The notes under the pieces: model-generated | Told to the model about the DNA's origin: nothing | The model's input: only the letters and a program-made list of their open reading frames with translations | The model's database searches: none | Part shown: piece after piece, positions 48,244-57,879 of the stretch | Position numbering within the stretch: the stretch's first letter is position 1 | Layout of the letters: each line of letters starts with the position of its first letter | DNA from: an uncultured Candidatus Rokubacteria bacterium | Lineage (GTDB): Bacteria; Methylomirabilota; Methylomirabilia; Rokubacteriales; CSP1-6 | Direction: 5' to 3' | Length of the DNA: 64,000 nt | Assembly: GCA_963762145.1 (NCBI GenBank) | Contig: CAVXJS010000011.1 | Coordinates: 160,001-224,000 of the forward strand | Made by a program: the position numbers and the translations under genes

Positions 48244-49140
48244 CTACGGGGTCCCGAACAGGATGGCGTTGAAGTTCTTGCGGAACACGTCCAGCGAGAT
48301 CGTCGGCCGCTTGACCAGCATCGGGTCGTACAGCTCGATGCGGCCGCCCTTCATGCCGAGCACCGCGAAGCCGTGCCAGGACGACACGTCCTCGGCGTCG
48401 TCCTTCGACGCGGCCATCGTGGGGATCCGGGACGCATTGTCGGCGGCGGTCTTGATGCGCGCATCGTCGGTCTTGCCGGTGACGGCGAAGCCGTCGGGCT
48501 TCGCCCCCACCACGACCTCCCAGATGGCGTTCGCGGTCAGCCCCTTCGAGTCGAGCGCTTCGTATCCGCCTTCCTTCACCGCGTAGGCCTTCTCGATCGC
48601 GCAGGCCCAGATCACGCTGTTCGGCGACCGCATGTAGGCCGGCGTCCAGTTGCGATCGGCGTCGTCCGTGTAGAGCACGCTGCTGACCTCGAACGACTTG
48701 CCGCCCAGCTTCACCGTGAAGTAGCGGGTCGTCTGGATGACGTTGCCGGGCGGCGGCTCTTCGATGCGGTCCGCCACCGCGGAGAGATCCGTCTCGACGA
48801 TGGCGGCCTGCTCGGCGACGATGGCGTCGATCCGCTTCTGGCCCGCGGCGGTGTAGGCCAGCGCCGCGAGGAGAGCCGCGAGCGGACAGTTCGCGAGCGC
48901 TCCCTGGGTGACGTCCGCGAGCGCCGGGGTGGTCTTGGCATAGAGGCTCCACGGCACGTCACGGGCCACGATGGTCTTGGCGCCGCCCGCGGGCGGAGGC
49001 ATCACGAGCTTCTTGACCACCTTGCCGACCTGCTTCGGGGCCATGAAGATTCCGGAGCCCACGCTGAGCGGGCCGGGGAGGCGACCACCTCCCGCGGGGA
49101 GCGGGCCCAGCGGTCCGGGGAGGCGCGATTGCTGGGTCAT
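48244..49140 (-). CDS. Calpain-like (C2) papain-fold cysteine protease
   Basis: QGALANC..AA..AAL, W...IEKAYA..GY..L, H.FAV, LYDP (Cys-His-Asp). Confidence 0.8.
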   Translation of the reverse strand: MTQQSRLPGPLGPLPAGGGRLPGPLSVGSGIFMAPKQVGKVVKKLVMPPPAGGAKTIVARDVPWSLYAKTTPALADVTQGALANCPLAALLAALAYTAAGQKRIDAIVAEQAAIVETDLSAVADRIEEPPPGNVIQTTRYFTVKLGGKSFEVSSVLYTDDADRNWTPAYMRSPNSVIWACAIEKAYAVKEGGYEALDSKGLTANAIWEVVVGAKPDGFAVTGKTDDARIKTAADNASRIPTMAASKDDAEDVSSWHGFAVLGMKGGRIELYDPMLVKRPTISLDVFRKNFNAILFGTP

Positions 49141-49221
49141 CGATGCCGAGCATACTACGGGACCGACCTGTACCTGATCCGGCGCATTGACCGCTCGCGC
49201 GCGCGCGTGCTACGTCGGGCC

Positions 49222-49929
49222 ATGGCATCCTCCGGCGCCGGGATCGGGCAGTGGCCGGCCGAGGACCGGCCCCGCGAGCGGCTGTACCAAAAGGGGCCCG
49301 ACGCGCTCGCCGACGCGGAGCTGCTCGCGATTCAGCTCGGCAGCGGGCTCGCCGGGTGCAGCGCCATGGACATGGCGCGCGACCTGCTGAGCCGCTACGG
49401 GTCGCTCTCGGGGCTGGCCGGGCGCGGGGTGGCCGAGCTCGGCGCCATCCGTGGGGTGGGCCCGGTGAAGGCGGTGCGGCTGGCCGCGGCCTTCGAGATC
49501 ACCCGGCGGTTGCGCTCGCGGAACGGCCACGGCCGGGTGGTGCTCGGGAGCCCGGAGCAGGTCTTCGCCCGCTACGGGCCGTTGATGGAGGATCTCAAGA
49601 AGGAAGTGTTCCGGGTGGCCCTGCTCGATGCCCAGAACGGCCTGCTGCGCGACGTGGTGGTCTCGGAGGGCACGCTCTCGGCCAGCCTGGTGCACCCGCG
49701 CGAGGTCTTCAAGCCGGCCATCCTGGAGTCGGCCGCCTCGCTCATCCTCCTCCACAACCACCCGAGCGGCGACCCGACGCCCAGCCGGGAAGACCTGCGG
49801 CTCACGCGGCAGCTCGTGGAATGCGCCGAGCTGCTCGACATGCGCATCCACGATCATGTCATCATTGGGCGGGAGCGGTTCATCAGCCTGGCCCAGCGCG
49901 GGGCCTTGACGAAAGGGGAGGACCCATGA
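49222..49929 (+). CDS. radC: RadC/JAB-domain protein
   Basis: RPRERL, ELLA..L.SG, VHPREVF, HNHPSGD..PS.ED, DHVII. Confidence 0.95.
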   Translation: MASSGAGIGQWPAEDRPRERLYQKGPDALADAELLAIQLGSGLAGCSAMDMARDLLSRYGSLSGLAGRGVAELGAIRGVGPVKAVRLAAAFEITRRLRSRNGHGRVVLGSPEQVFARYGPLMEDLKKEVFRVALLDAQNGLLRDVVVSEGTLSASLVHPREVFKPAILESAASLILLHNHPSGDPTPSREDLRLTRQLVECAELLDMRIHDHVIIGRERFISLAQRGALTKGEDP

Positions 49930-50369
49930 AGATCCAGGGTGTGGGGCACGTGGTGCTGAAGGTGCGGGATCTCGATCGCTCGGCCCGGTTCTACACCGGC
50001 GTGCTCGGGCTCAAGGAAGTGGCCCGGTTCCCGGGCCGGATGGTCTTCTTCTCGGCGGGCAGCAACCACCACGATCTGGCCGTGATGGCGGTCGGGGCGG
50101 ACGCCCCGAATCCGCCCGAGCAGGCGGTGGGGCTGGCGCACGTGGCGCTCAAGATCGGCGATTCGCTGGAGACGCTGCGGGAGGCCCAGGCGGTGCTGGA
50201 GGCCAACCAGGTGAAGATCCGCGGCCTGCGGGATCACCACGTCAGCCAGTCGATCTATCTCGAGGACCCCGACGGCAACACGATCGAGCTCTTCGTGGAT
50301 GCCGACCCCGCCATCTGGTCCGAGGACCCGACGACGGTGGCTACCTCGAAGCCCTTAACCCTTCGCTAG
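49926..50369 (+). CDS. VOC/glyoxalase family protein
   Basis: GHVVLKVRDL..S..FY, HHDL, H.A, SIY..DPDGN.IEL. Confidence 0.9.
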   Translation: MKIQGVGHVVLKVRDLDRSARFYTGVLGLKEVARFPGRMVFFSAGSNHHDLAVMAVGADAPNPPEQAVGLAHVALKIGDSLETLREAQAVLEANQVKIRGLRDHHVSQSIYLEDPDGNTIELFVDADPAIWSEDPTTVATSKPLTLR

Positions 50370-50597
50370 CTTCTCGACCTCTTTCTTCGAGAGGCTCTGG
50401 ATGCGGGTGAGGAGGCCCTTCACCTTCCGCTCCGAGGCGTGATCGGCCAGGATCAGCTTCTTCGACTTCGTGCCGGTCACGATGTAGGCCACCCAGTCGT
50501 CGAGGTTCGGCGTGCCACGCCACGCCACCGTGAGCCCGCTGAGCCGCATCCGCTTCCTGCCCTCGACCTTCGCCAGTGGCTTCCGGCTGGCCTCCAT
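50355..50597 (-). CDS. Small basic hypothetical protein (80 aa)
   Basis: Strong RBS (AGGAGAGAGG), consensus promoter, Lys/Arg-rich, good codon usage. Confidence 0.75.
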   Translation of the reverse strand: MEASRKPLAKVEGRKRMRLSGLTVAWRGTPNLDDWVAYIVTGTKSKKLILADHASERKVKGLLTRIQSLSKKEVEKLAKG

Positions 50598-50647
50598 CGT
50601 GATCCTCTCCTCCTGAAAATGTGCACTGGGACGATGAGCGCCCGATC

Positions 50648-50676
50648 ACCTTAAGAACCGGTCTCGATCCTGTCAA
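50648..50676 (-). promoter_or_regulatory. Sigma70 promoter TTGACA-17nt-TAAGGT
   Basis: Perfect -35, optimal spacer, upstream of the 50597 gene. Confidence 0.75.
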
Positions 50677-50838
50677 GGCTTCGTTTCGCCGCGACTCATG
50701 CGCGATTCGATGCACGTGAGGCCGTCGGCCTGCGTGAATGCTGTGTGCGGTGAGGGGCCTCGTGGTGGTGGACGATCAGAGCGTCACATTTCTGCGCCCC
50801 CCCTCTGGAACCGCGTCGGAACGTACGTTTTCCGCGAT

Positions 50839-50876
50839 TGTGGATCACTGTGGATAAGTGGATAACCTGTGGGTTA
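50839..50876. promoter_or_regulatory. Cluster of four co-oriented DnaA boxes
   Basis: TGTGGATCA 50839, TGTGGATAA 50849 (perfect), AGTGGATAA 50857, TGTGGGTTA 50868. Confidence 0.75.
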
Positions 50877-51863
50877 TTTTCCGGCAGGTTGCAGCGCATC
50901 CAGAATGCGGCGCGCCAGCAGCGGGCCTCGCGTGATGAATCCGGTGAAGATTCCGCACGCGGTGGCGCCCGCGTCGAGGGCCTGCCGCGCCCGCGAGGGG
51001 CTGTCGATGCCCCCGGTGGCGATCAGCTCCAGGCGGTCGCCGAACCGCTCGCGCACCCGGCGCACGTTCTCGAGCGTGGTCCGGAACAGGGCGGGGCCAG
51101 AGAGGCCACCCGAGCGCTGCGACAGGCGCGGCTCGTCCACGCGGCGGGTATTACCGTAGTTGACGATGGTGATGCCGGCGTCGAGCGCGGCCGGGATCGT
51201 GATCTCCTCGTTGGTCTCGCGGAAGTCCGGCGAGATCTTGACGATCACCGGTTTGCGGGTGACCGCCCGCACCGCCCGGAAGACGTCCTTCAGCTCGTGC
51301 GGCCGCGTGGACCAGCCGTAGACCAGCTTGGTATTGGGCGAGGAGATGTTGATCTCGACGAGGTCGCCGAACTCCTGCAGGCCCTCCACCACTCGCACAT
51401 AGTCGTCGGCCGACTCCCCCGCCGCTGCCACGATGAGCGGGACGCGGTGCGGCAGCCGGGCCAGGGCCTGCCGGTAGGCCTCGAGGCCGGGATTCTTGAA
51501 GCCGTTGCAGTTCACGAGCCCGGGGCCGTCCGCGGTCTCGATGCGCACCAGGTTCGGCTCGGGATGGCCGGGGCGCGGCCCCGGGGTGATGCTCTTCGCG
51601 GTCACCGCACCCCAGCCGAGGCCCATGGCGCGGCGCAGGATCGCGGTGTCGTAGTACATGGACGAGAGGATGAGGGGATTCGGCAGGGGCACCCCACCGA
51701 GCGTGATCGCGAGGCGCGGATCCGCGTTGCGGAAGACGCCGAGGCGATCGAGGGGAACGTGCCGGAGACCCCATTGGCCGATCGCGATCGCGGCGCGCTC
51801 CGGCATGCGGGCCAGCACGCCGCGATAGAGCGCGCGGTAGAGAAGATCGACGGCGCCGACCAT
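50874..51863 (-). CDS. pyrD: Dihydroorotate dehydrogenase
   Basis: KSIT..PRPGHPEP, NCNGFKNPG, EINISSPNT, KISPD, GGLSG, ATGGI. Confidence 0.85.
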   Translation of the reverse strand: MVGAVDLLYRALYRGVLARMPERAAIAIGQWGLRHVPLDRLGVFRNADPRLAITLGGVPLPNPLILSSMYYDTAILRRAMGLGWGAVTAKSITPGPRPGHPEPNLVRIETADGPGLVNCNGFKNPGLEAYRQALARLPHRVPLIVAAAGESADDYVRVVEGLQEFGDLVEINISSPNTKLVYGWSTRPHELKDVFRAVRAVTRKPVIVKISPDFRETNEEITIPAALDAGITIVNYGNTRRVDEPRLSQRSGGLSGPALFRTTLENVRRVRERFGDRLELIATGGIDSPSRARQALDAGATACGIFTGFITRGPLLARRILDALQPAGK

Positions 51864-51894
51864 GTCGTGATGGCGCGCATGATATCCTACAAGC

Positions 51895-52077
51895 ATGCCG
51901 CAAGACAGCACGCGACGTCTGCTGCGGGAGTTCGGAGTCGCGGTCACCGCCTTCGAGGACGCGGTCGAGGGCGGGCAGGGTGAGGCTGCGAAGAAGGCCG
52001 AGGCCGCGCTGCGCCAGCACCTGAAGGGGCTGATCGAGCTGGTCGAGCGCCTGTCCGAGCAGGCCGCCAAGCTCTAA
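51895..52077 (+). CDS. Small helical hypothetical protein
   Basis: Extended -10 TGATATCCT 6 nt before ATG; good codon usage. Confidence 0.6.
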   Translation: MPQDSTRRLLREFGVAVTAFEDAVEGGQGEAAKKAEAALRQHLKGLIELVERLSEQAAKL

Positions 52078-52086
52078 GCCGCGCCG

Positions 52087-52867
52087 GTGACGGCCCGGCG
52101 CATCGTCTCCCTCATCCCCAGCATCACCGAGATCCTCTTCGCCATCGGCGCGGGCGATCGCGTGGTGGGCTGCACGATCTACTGCACGCAGCCGCCCGAG
52201 GGGGTCGCGACCAAGACCCGGATCGGCGGGGAGAAGAATCCCAAGCTCGAGCTGATCCGGGAGCTCGGCACCGACCTGGTCATCGCCAACGTCGAGGAGA
52301 ACGTGCGCGAGCACGTGGAGACGCTCCAGGCCTGGGGCATTCCCGTGCACGTGACCTATCCCCGGAGCGTCGCGGACGGCATCCGCCTCGTGGGCGAGCT
52401 GGGCGAGCTGCTCGAGGCGGGAGCGCGCCGCGCGCGAGCTCGAGGCGTCGCTGCGGGGCGCGCTACGACGAGGTGCGCGCCGGGGCCGCGGGGCGCGGCC
52501 GCGGCGCGTGTTCTGCCCGATCTGGCGGAAGCCCTACATGACCATCAACGCCGACACCTACATCCACGACATGCTGGCGGTGTCGGGCGGGAGCAACGTC
52601 TTCGGCGGCGCGGCGAAGCGGTACCCGGAGGTCACCCTCGACGAGGTCGCGGCCTCGGACGCGGAGGTGATCCTGCTCCCGGACGAGCCCTACCGATTCC
52701 GCCGCATCCACGAGGCCGACTTCGCGCCCTATCCGGACCTACCCGCGGTGCGCGACGGGCGCGTGCACCTCGTGGATGGCAAGCTCCTGTCCTGGTATGG
52801 CCCGCGGATCGCGGAGGCGCTCCAGGTCCTGCCGCCGCTCCTGGGGTCGGAGGGGCCTGGACCTTAG
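52087..52867 (+). CDS. BtuF-like helical-backbone metal/cobalamin-binding protein (frameshifts near 52430-52500)
   Basis: RIVSL.PS.TE, GG.KNP, N.EEN, IW..PYM, EPY.F, DG..LSWYGPR. Confidence 0.85.
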
Positions 52868-53409
52868 CGGCGGCGCTTCGCGGCGGTCTTCTTCGCCTTC
52901 GCCGGCCGGGTCGCGCGGGCGGCCTTCTTCGGGGCCGGGGCGGATACGGCGTTGAGCTCGAGGATCATCTCGATCTCGACCGGGATGCCCGCGGGCAGCG
53001 AGCCCATGCCGACCGCGGAGCGCGCGTGCCGGCCGTTCTCGCCGAACACCTCCACCATCAGGTCCGAGAAGCCGTTGATCACCTTGGGCTGATCGCCGAA
53101 GCTCTCGACCGCGTTCACCATCCCCAGGACCTTGACCACCCGCTTCACCTTGTCGAGGCTGCCCAGCGCCCGGCGGGCGGAGCCCAGCAGGTTGATCCCG
53201 ACCTCGCGGGCCACCTTGTAGGCCTCCTCGACGGACATGTCGCGCCCGACCTTGCCCCGCGTGAGCGGCTGGTCGCCGACGCGAATCGGTCCGTGGCCCG
53301 ACAGGAAGAGCAGGTTGCCGACGCGGACCGCGGGGATGTAGTTGCCCATCGGATTCGGGGGGTTGGGGAGCGTGATGCCGAGCTCCTTGATCCTGGCTTC
53401 TGCGCCCAT
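52864..53409 (-). CDS. RidA/YjgF family protein with Lys/Ala tail
   Basis: NYIP, LFLSG, NG.SDL..VFG..GRHARSAVG..LP...VEIE. Confidence 0.9.
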   Translation of the reverse strand: MGAEARIKELGITLPNPPNPMGNYIPAVRVGNLLFLSGHGPIRVGDQPLTRGKVGRDMSVEEAYKVAREVGINLLGSARRALGSLDKVKRVVKVLGMVNAVESFGDQPKVINGFSDLMVEVFGENGRHARSAVGMGSLPAGIPVEIEMILELNAVSAPAPKKAARATRPAKAKKTAAKRRR

Positions 53410-53440
53410 GCGGGTCTCCTCTGAAGGCGGCGGAGTACGG

Positions 53441-53713
53441 CTACGCGGCGTGGTGGCTGGTCCCGACGAAGAAGAACGCGGCGCCGTCGTCGTCGGCGCG
53501 CCAGACAATGGCCTCGACGTCGACCGGCTCGGCGTGGGGCGGCTCGAGACGGAGATGCGCGGAGGTGCCGACCGGGAGAAGCGCCGCGTCCCGGCCGACC
53601 TTGACGCCGTGCGCGCACAGGTTCACGGTCTGCAGTCGGAGGATCTGATCCCCGCTCCGGACCGTGACCGGCCACGTGGCCGCCACGCGCGTGTACCGCC
53701 GATGCTCCTGCAC
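53441..53713 (-). CDS. Stand-alone PilZ-domain protein
   Basis: RRYTR (RxxxR) and NLCAHG (D/NxSxxG-like) motifs. Confidence 0.7.
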   Translation of the reverse strand: MQEHRRYTRVAATWPVTVRSGDQILRLQTVNLCAHGVKVGRDAALLPVGTSAHLRLEPPHAEPVDVEAIVWRADDDGAAFFFVGTSHHAA

Positions 53714-53788
53714 GCCCGGGAGTTTCGCACCGCGCCAGGGGCTTCACAAGGCCTTTTTCCGGTGAGCCGGCTCGTGCCAGAATGCGCC

Positions 53789-54586
53789 ATGAGCCCGCCC
53801 GCGATCCCATCGCCCGCCGCCACCCTGGTCCTGCTGCGCGACCGCCCCGCCGGTCCGGCCGAGATCCTGATGATCCAGCGCCACAGCAAGAGCAAGTTCG
53901 CGGCCGGGGACTACGTCTTCGCAGGGGGCAAGGTCGAGGCCGACGACATTCCCGGCGACGTCGAGCGCTTCGTGCGCGGGCTCAGCCCGGAGGAGGCGAG
54001 CGCCCGGCTCGGGGGTGATCTGGCCCCCCTCAAGGCGCTGGCCTACTGGGTGGGCGCGATCCGCGAGGCCTTCGAGGAAGTGGGCATGCTCCTGGCCTAC
54101 GATCGCCAGGGCAGCCTCGTGCGATTCACGCCGGACAACCGCGAGCGCTTCGAGGCCCACCGCGCGGCCTGCCAGTCCGCGAACCCGGCGTTCTTCGGCA
54201 TGCTGCGCGCGGAGGGTCTCACGCTGGCCACCGACCGGCTCACCTACTTCGCGCACTGGATCACGCCCGAGGAGCAGCCGCTCCGCTTCGATACGCGGTT
54301 CTTCGCGGCGGTGGCCCCGCCCCAGGAGCCGGTGGTGGACGGGCACGAGATCGTGGCCCTGCGCTGGCTGACGCCGCCGGAAGCCATGGACGCGTTCCGC
54401 CGCAAGGACATCACGCTGCGCCTGCCCACCATCAAGAATCTCGAGCTGGTTCAGAGCGGCGGCACGCGGTCGGACGAGATCCTCGGCTCGCTGCGGGGTC
54501 GCGCGGTCCCCACCATCCGCCCGCGCGTGCTGCAGGTGGACGGCAAGCCGGTGCCGGTTCTCCCCGGCGATCCTCGCTGGTACTAG
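53789..54586 (+). CDS. NUDIX hydrolase
   Basis: AATLVLLRD, VF.GG.V, AIREAFEE.G, HWITP..RFDTRFF. Confidence 0.9.
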   Translation: MSPPAIPSPAATLVLLRDRPAGPAEILMIQRHSKSKFAAGDYVFAGGKVEADDIPGDVERFVRGLSPEEASARLGGDLAPLKALAYWVGAIREAFEEVGMLLAYDRQGSLVRFTPDNRERFEAHRAACQSANPAFFGMLRAEGLTLATDRLTYFAHWITPEEQPLRFDTRFFAAVAPPQEPVVDGHEIVALRWLTPPEAMDAFRRKDITLRLPTIKNLELVQSGGTRSDEILGSLRGRAVPTIRPRVLQVDGKPVPVLPGDPRWY

Positions 54587-54655
54587 GGGCGCTGGTACTG
54601 GCCGGACGGGCCCTGATATACTCGCGCTCCATCACCGCTCGAGGAGGCCGTTCCG

Positions 54656-55652
54656 ATGCGACTCGATCAGCTGACCGTGCAGGTGGCCCCCGAGGACGTC
54701 GAGCTCAAGAAGTGCTGGACCCGCGACAGCATCTCCCCGGAGGGGTGGCTGATTCCGCTGCCCGTCGACTGCGTCGCCGAGCTCGACGAGGTCGCGGCCC
54801 GCGTGCGGGCCACGCCCCGCCCGGTGGACACCCTGGACCCCGCGGACTTCTCGCTCCGGGCCTGCACCGCGGTCATGGCCTCCGTGCGGGCCAAGCTCGA
54901 GAGCGATACCGGTCTCGCGGTGGTGGATCGGTTCCCGGTCGAGCGGTATGGCCACGCGGAGAACCTGGCCATCGGCTGGCTGCTGGCCGCGATGCTCGGG
55001 CAGGTGGTCGCGCAGAAGGCCACCGGGACCCGCCTCTACGACGTGAAGGACTCCGGCCAGGCGCTGGGCTACGGGGTGCGCCGCTCGGTGACCAACCTGG
55101 GCCAGCCTTTCCACACCGACGGCGGCTGGCTGTGGAAGGCGCCCGCCTTCGTGGGCCTCTTCTGCCTCGAGTCGGCGATGGAGGGCGGCCTGAGCCGCTT
55201 CGCCAGCCTCGTCACCGCCCATCACGAGCTGCGGCGCCGCGCGGCCCGAGCTGCTCGCGCGCCTGTACCAGCCGTTCGACTGGGACCGGCAGGGCGAGCA
55301 CGCGCCGGATGCGCCGCGCGTGAGCCGCCAGCCGGTGTTCGAGTACGAGGCCGGCACGCTGGCCTCGCGCTACTACGAGGACTACGTCCGCAACGGGGCC
55401 AAGCTGGCCGGGGTCGAGCTCGACGACGAGGGCGACCGGGCGCTCGCGGCCATGCGCGAGATCGTGGACGATCCCGCCAGCTGGGTCGAGTTCCGCATCG
55501 AGAAGGGCCAGCTGCAGTACCTGAACAACCGCCAGTTCGCGCACAGCCGGACCGCCTTCCAGGACGCGGCTCCGGGGCAGGGACGCCACATGCTCCGCCT
55601 CTGGAATCGCGACGAGGGCACCTGGCATCTCGAGGGTCGCCCGACCGCCTGA
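54656..55652 (+). CDS. TauD/TfdA-family Fe/2-oxoglutarate dioxygenase (frameshift near 55245)
   Basis: FHTD, GLFCL, GG.S, NN...AHSR..F.D, R.W; extended -10 TGATATACT and GAGGAGG upstream. Confidence 0.85.
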
Positions 55653-55666
55653 CGTCGTCCCGTCCG

Positions 55667-56389
55667 TTGACCCTCGAGACGGCGATCTACTCCGGGCTGG
55701 TGGTGCTGCTCGCGTACTGGGTTCGGGGCATGGCGGGCTTCGGCTCCGGGCTCATCGCGGTGCCCCTCCTGACGCTCATGTGGCCGGTCACGCTGGTGGT
55801 GCCGGTGGTGGTGGCGCTCGACTATCTGGGCTCGGCCAGCCAGGGCATCAAGAACGTGGACCAGGTGGCCTGGCCGGAGCAGCTCGTGCTCATCCCGTTC
55901 ATGGTGGTGGGGGTCGCAGCGGGGCTCTGGCTGCTCTACGCGGTGCCGACCTCGCTGCTCGCCCGTCTCCTGGGTGGCTTCGTCATCGCCTACGCGATCT
56001 ACCAGATGCTGCCGCTGCCCGAGCTGCGCGGCTCCCGCGTGGCCGCGAGCTATTGCGGGCTCCTGGGCGGCCTGGTCGGCACGCTCTTCGGTACCGGCGG
56101 GCCGTTCTACGTGATCTACCTCAACCTGCGCGGCCTCGATCGGGCCGTGTTCCGGGCGACCTTCGCGATGAACTTCCTGATCGACGGCGGCGTGCGGCTG
56201 GCCGCGTTCGTGGCCGCCGGGCTCTACCACCGCCAGACGTTCGGCTACCTGCTGGCCGCGGTCCCCATCGCGGGGGCCGGGCTCTACGTGGGCGGGCGCA
56301 TCCAGACCGGGCTCTCGCAGCGCGCGTTCCAGCTCGTGGTCCGCGTCCTGCTCCTGACCAGCGGCCTGGCCCTGCTCCTCAAGCGATAG
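55667..56389 (+). CDS. TauE/SafE sulfite-exporter family membrane protein
   Basis: G.AGFG.GLI.VP, G.GGP, FRAT, multiple TM helices; start approximate. Confidence 0.85.
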   Translation: MTLETAIYSGLVVLLAYWVRGMAGFGSGLIAVPLLTLMWPVTLVVPVVVALDYLGSASQGIKNVDQVAWPEQLVLIPFMVVGVAAGLWLLYAVPTSLLARLLGGFVIAYAIYQMLPLPELRGSRVAASYCGLLGGLVGTLFGTGGPFYVIYLNLRGLDRAVFRATFAMNFLIDGGVRLAAFVAAGLYHRQTFGYLLAAVPIAGAGLYVGGRIQTGLSQRAFQLVVRVLLLTSGLALLLKR

Positions 56390-56397
56390 GAGACCTG

Positions 56398-57360
56398 ATG
56401 AGACGCATCGCGTTCCCCGTGCTCGTGATCCTGGCCCTCGGGCTCCTGGCCGCGCCCGGCCGCCGCGCAGGAGAAGTACCCGTCGCGCCCGATCGACTTC
56501 GTGGTCACCTGGGGCGCGGGTGGCGGCGCCGACGCGATGGCGCGGCAGCTCGGCTCCCTGAGCCAGCCGCTGCTCGGCGTGGCCGCTGCCCGCTTCCAAT
56601 GTGCCGGGCGCCTCCGGCAATACCGGGCTCGCGCAGGTCCTGTCCGGCAAGCCCGACGGCTACACGCTCGCGACCTACATCCAGGACACGCTGATGACGC
56701 TGCCCATGGGCCTGGCGCGCTACAAGGTGGACGATCTGGAGTGGATCACGCGCACCCAGGTGGCCGACTCCTTCCTGTTCGTGCGCGCCGACGGCCCGTT
56801 CAAGACGATCCAGGAGCTGTTCAAGCACGCGGAGGCCAATCCGGGCAAGCTGCGCGTGGGCGCCACCGGCTTCGGCACGGTGGACGACGTCACCGTGCCG
56901 CTTCCTGGGCAATCGCGGCTACAAGATGATCACGGTGCCGTATCCCAAGCCGGGCGAGCGGTACGCGGCCGCCCTCGGCGGGCACACCGAGGTGCTCTAC
57001 GAGCAGGCCGGCGACGTGCTCCAGTACCTCAAGGCGGGGCAGCTCCGGCCGCTGATCATCTTTGCGGAGCGGCGCCATCCCGCGTTCCCGGACGTGCCCG
57101 CGTCGAAGGAGCTGGGGCTCGACATCACGCTGCCCCAGTTCCGCGGGGTGGTCGCGAAGAAGGGCACCCCGCCCGAGCGCGTGAAGGTGCTGGCCGACGC
57201 GTTCCAGAAGGCGATGCAGTCGCCGGAGTGGAAGAAGTTCGCCGAGGAGTGGTACTTCCGTCCCGACTCCTACCAGGGCACCACGGACTCCACGCGGTGG
57301 GTGGGCGGCGAGGTGGCCACCCTCGAGCGCCTCGTCAAGGAGTTCGGCCTCCGGCAGTAG
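56398..57360 (+). CDS. tctC: Tripartite tricarboxylate transporter substrate-binding TctC (frameshifted)
   Basis: YP.RPI, GGG.D..AR, N.PGA.G, DGYT, PDVP..E.G, KGTP. Confidence 0.85.
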
Positions 57361-57361
57361 C

Positions 57362-57869
57362 ATGGGCTCGCGCGCGCGCGGCGGCCGCCCTGCTGGCGGG
57401 CGTGCTGGGCTCGGGGCTGCTCTTCGCGTCCACCTGGCCGCTCGACGCCATGGCGCCGCGCGGCCAGCTCGGCCCGGGCTTCTGGCCCCGCCTCGCCCTG
57501 ATCGGCCTCGCGGTGGCCTGCCTGCTGAAGCTCCGGGAGGAGCGGCGCGCCGGGCCGGACGGGACGGAGGCCTCCGGGGTCCTGCCGCGCGTGTCCGTCT
57601 CTCGCCTTGCTCTCGGCATCGCCTGCATCCTCGCGTACGTGATCGCGGCGCCGCAGGTGGGCTTCCCGCTGGCCACCGCCGCCTTCATCGTGGCCTTCAT
57701 GGTGGTGGCCGGCGCCCGGGGCGTGCCGGGCATCGCGGCCACCGCCCTGCTGGGCACCGTGATCCTGCTCTACACCTTCATCAAGCTCGTATACCTGCCG
57801 TTCCCGAAGGGCGCCGCCCCCTTCGAGCGCGTCACCCTGGCGCTCTACCGCGCCCTCGGCATCTTCTGA
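57362..57869 (+). CDS. tctB: TctB small membrane subunit (probable frameshift just after the start)
   Basis: GPGFWP, GF..AT, Y..F.K..Y..P.G. Confidence 0.8.
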
Positions 57870-57879
57870 TTCGCCGCGC

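Noticed and set aside
48212-48256. 16-bp direct repeat (CGGGTCCCGCGTCTAC x2) at the calpain-like gene stop as an att or target-site duplication
   Set aside because: Local tandem duplication with 20-bp period; no matching copy seen at the other island end
17064-49140. T6SS block as an integrative mobile element or prophage
   Set aside because: No integrase, transposase, tRNA target, att repeats or capsid genes seen; composition is mostly host-like
50600-50876. Chromosomal oriC
   Set aside because: DnaA boxes are present but there is no evident AT-rich unwinding element or dnaA/dnaN/gidA context; kept only as a box cluster
54656-56389. TauD-TauE fusion protein (577-aa ORF)
   Set aside because: Created by a frameshift near 55245; the dioxygenase C-terminus is in another frame and stops at 55652
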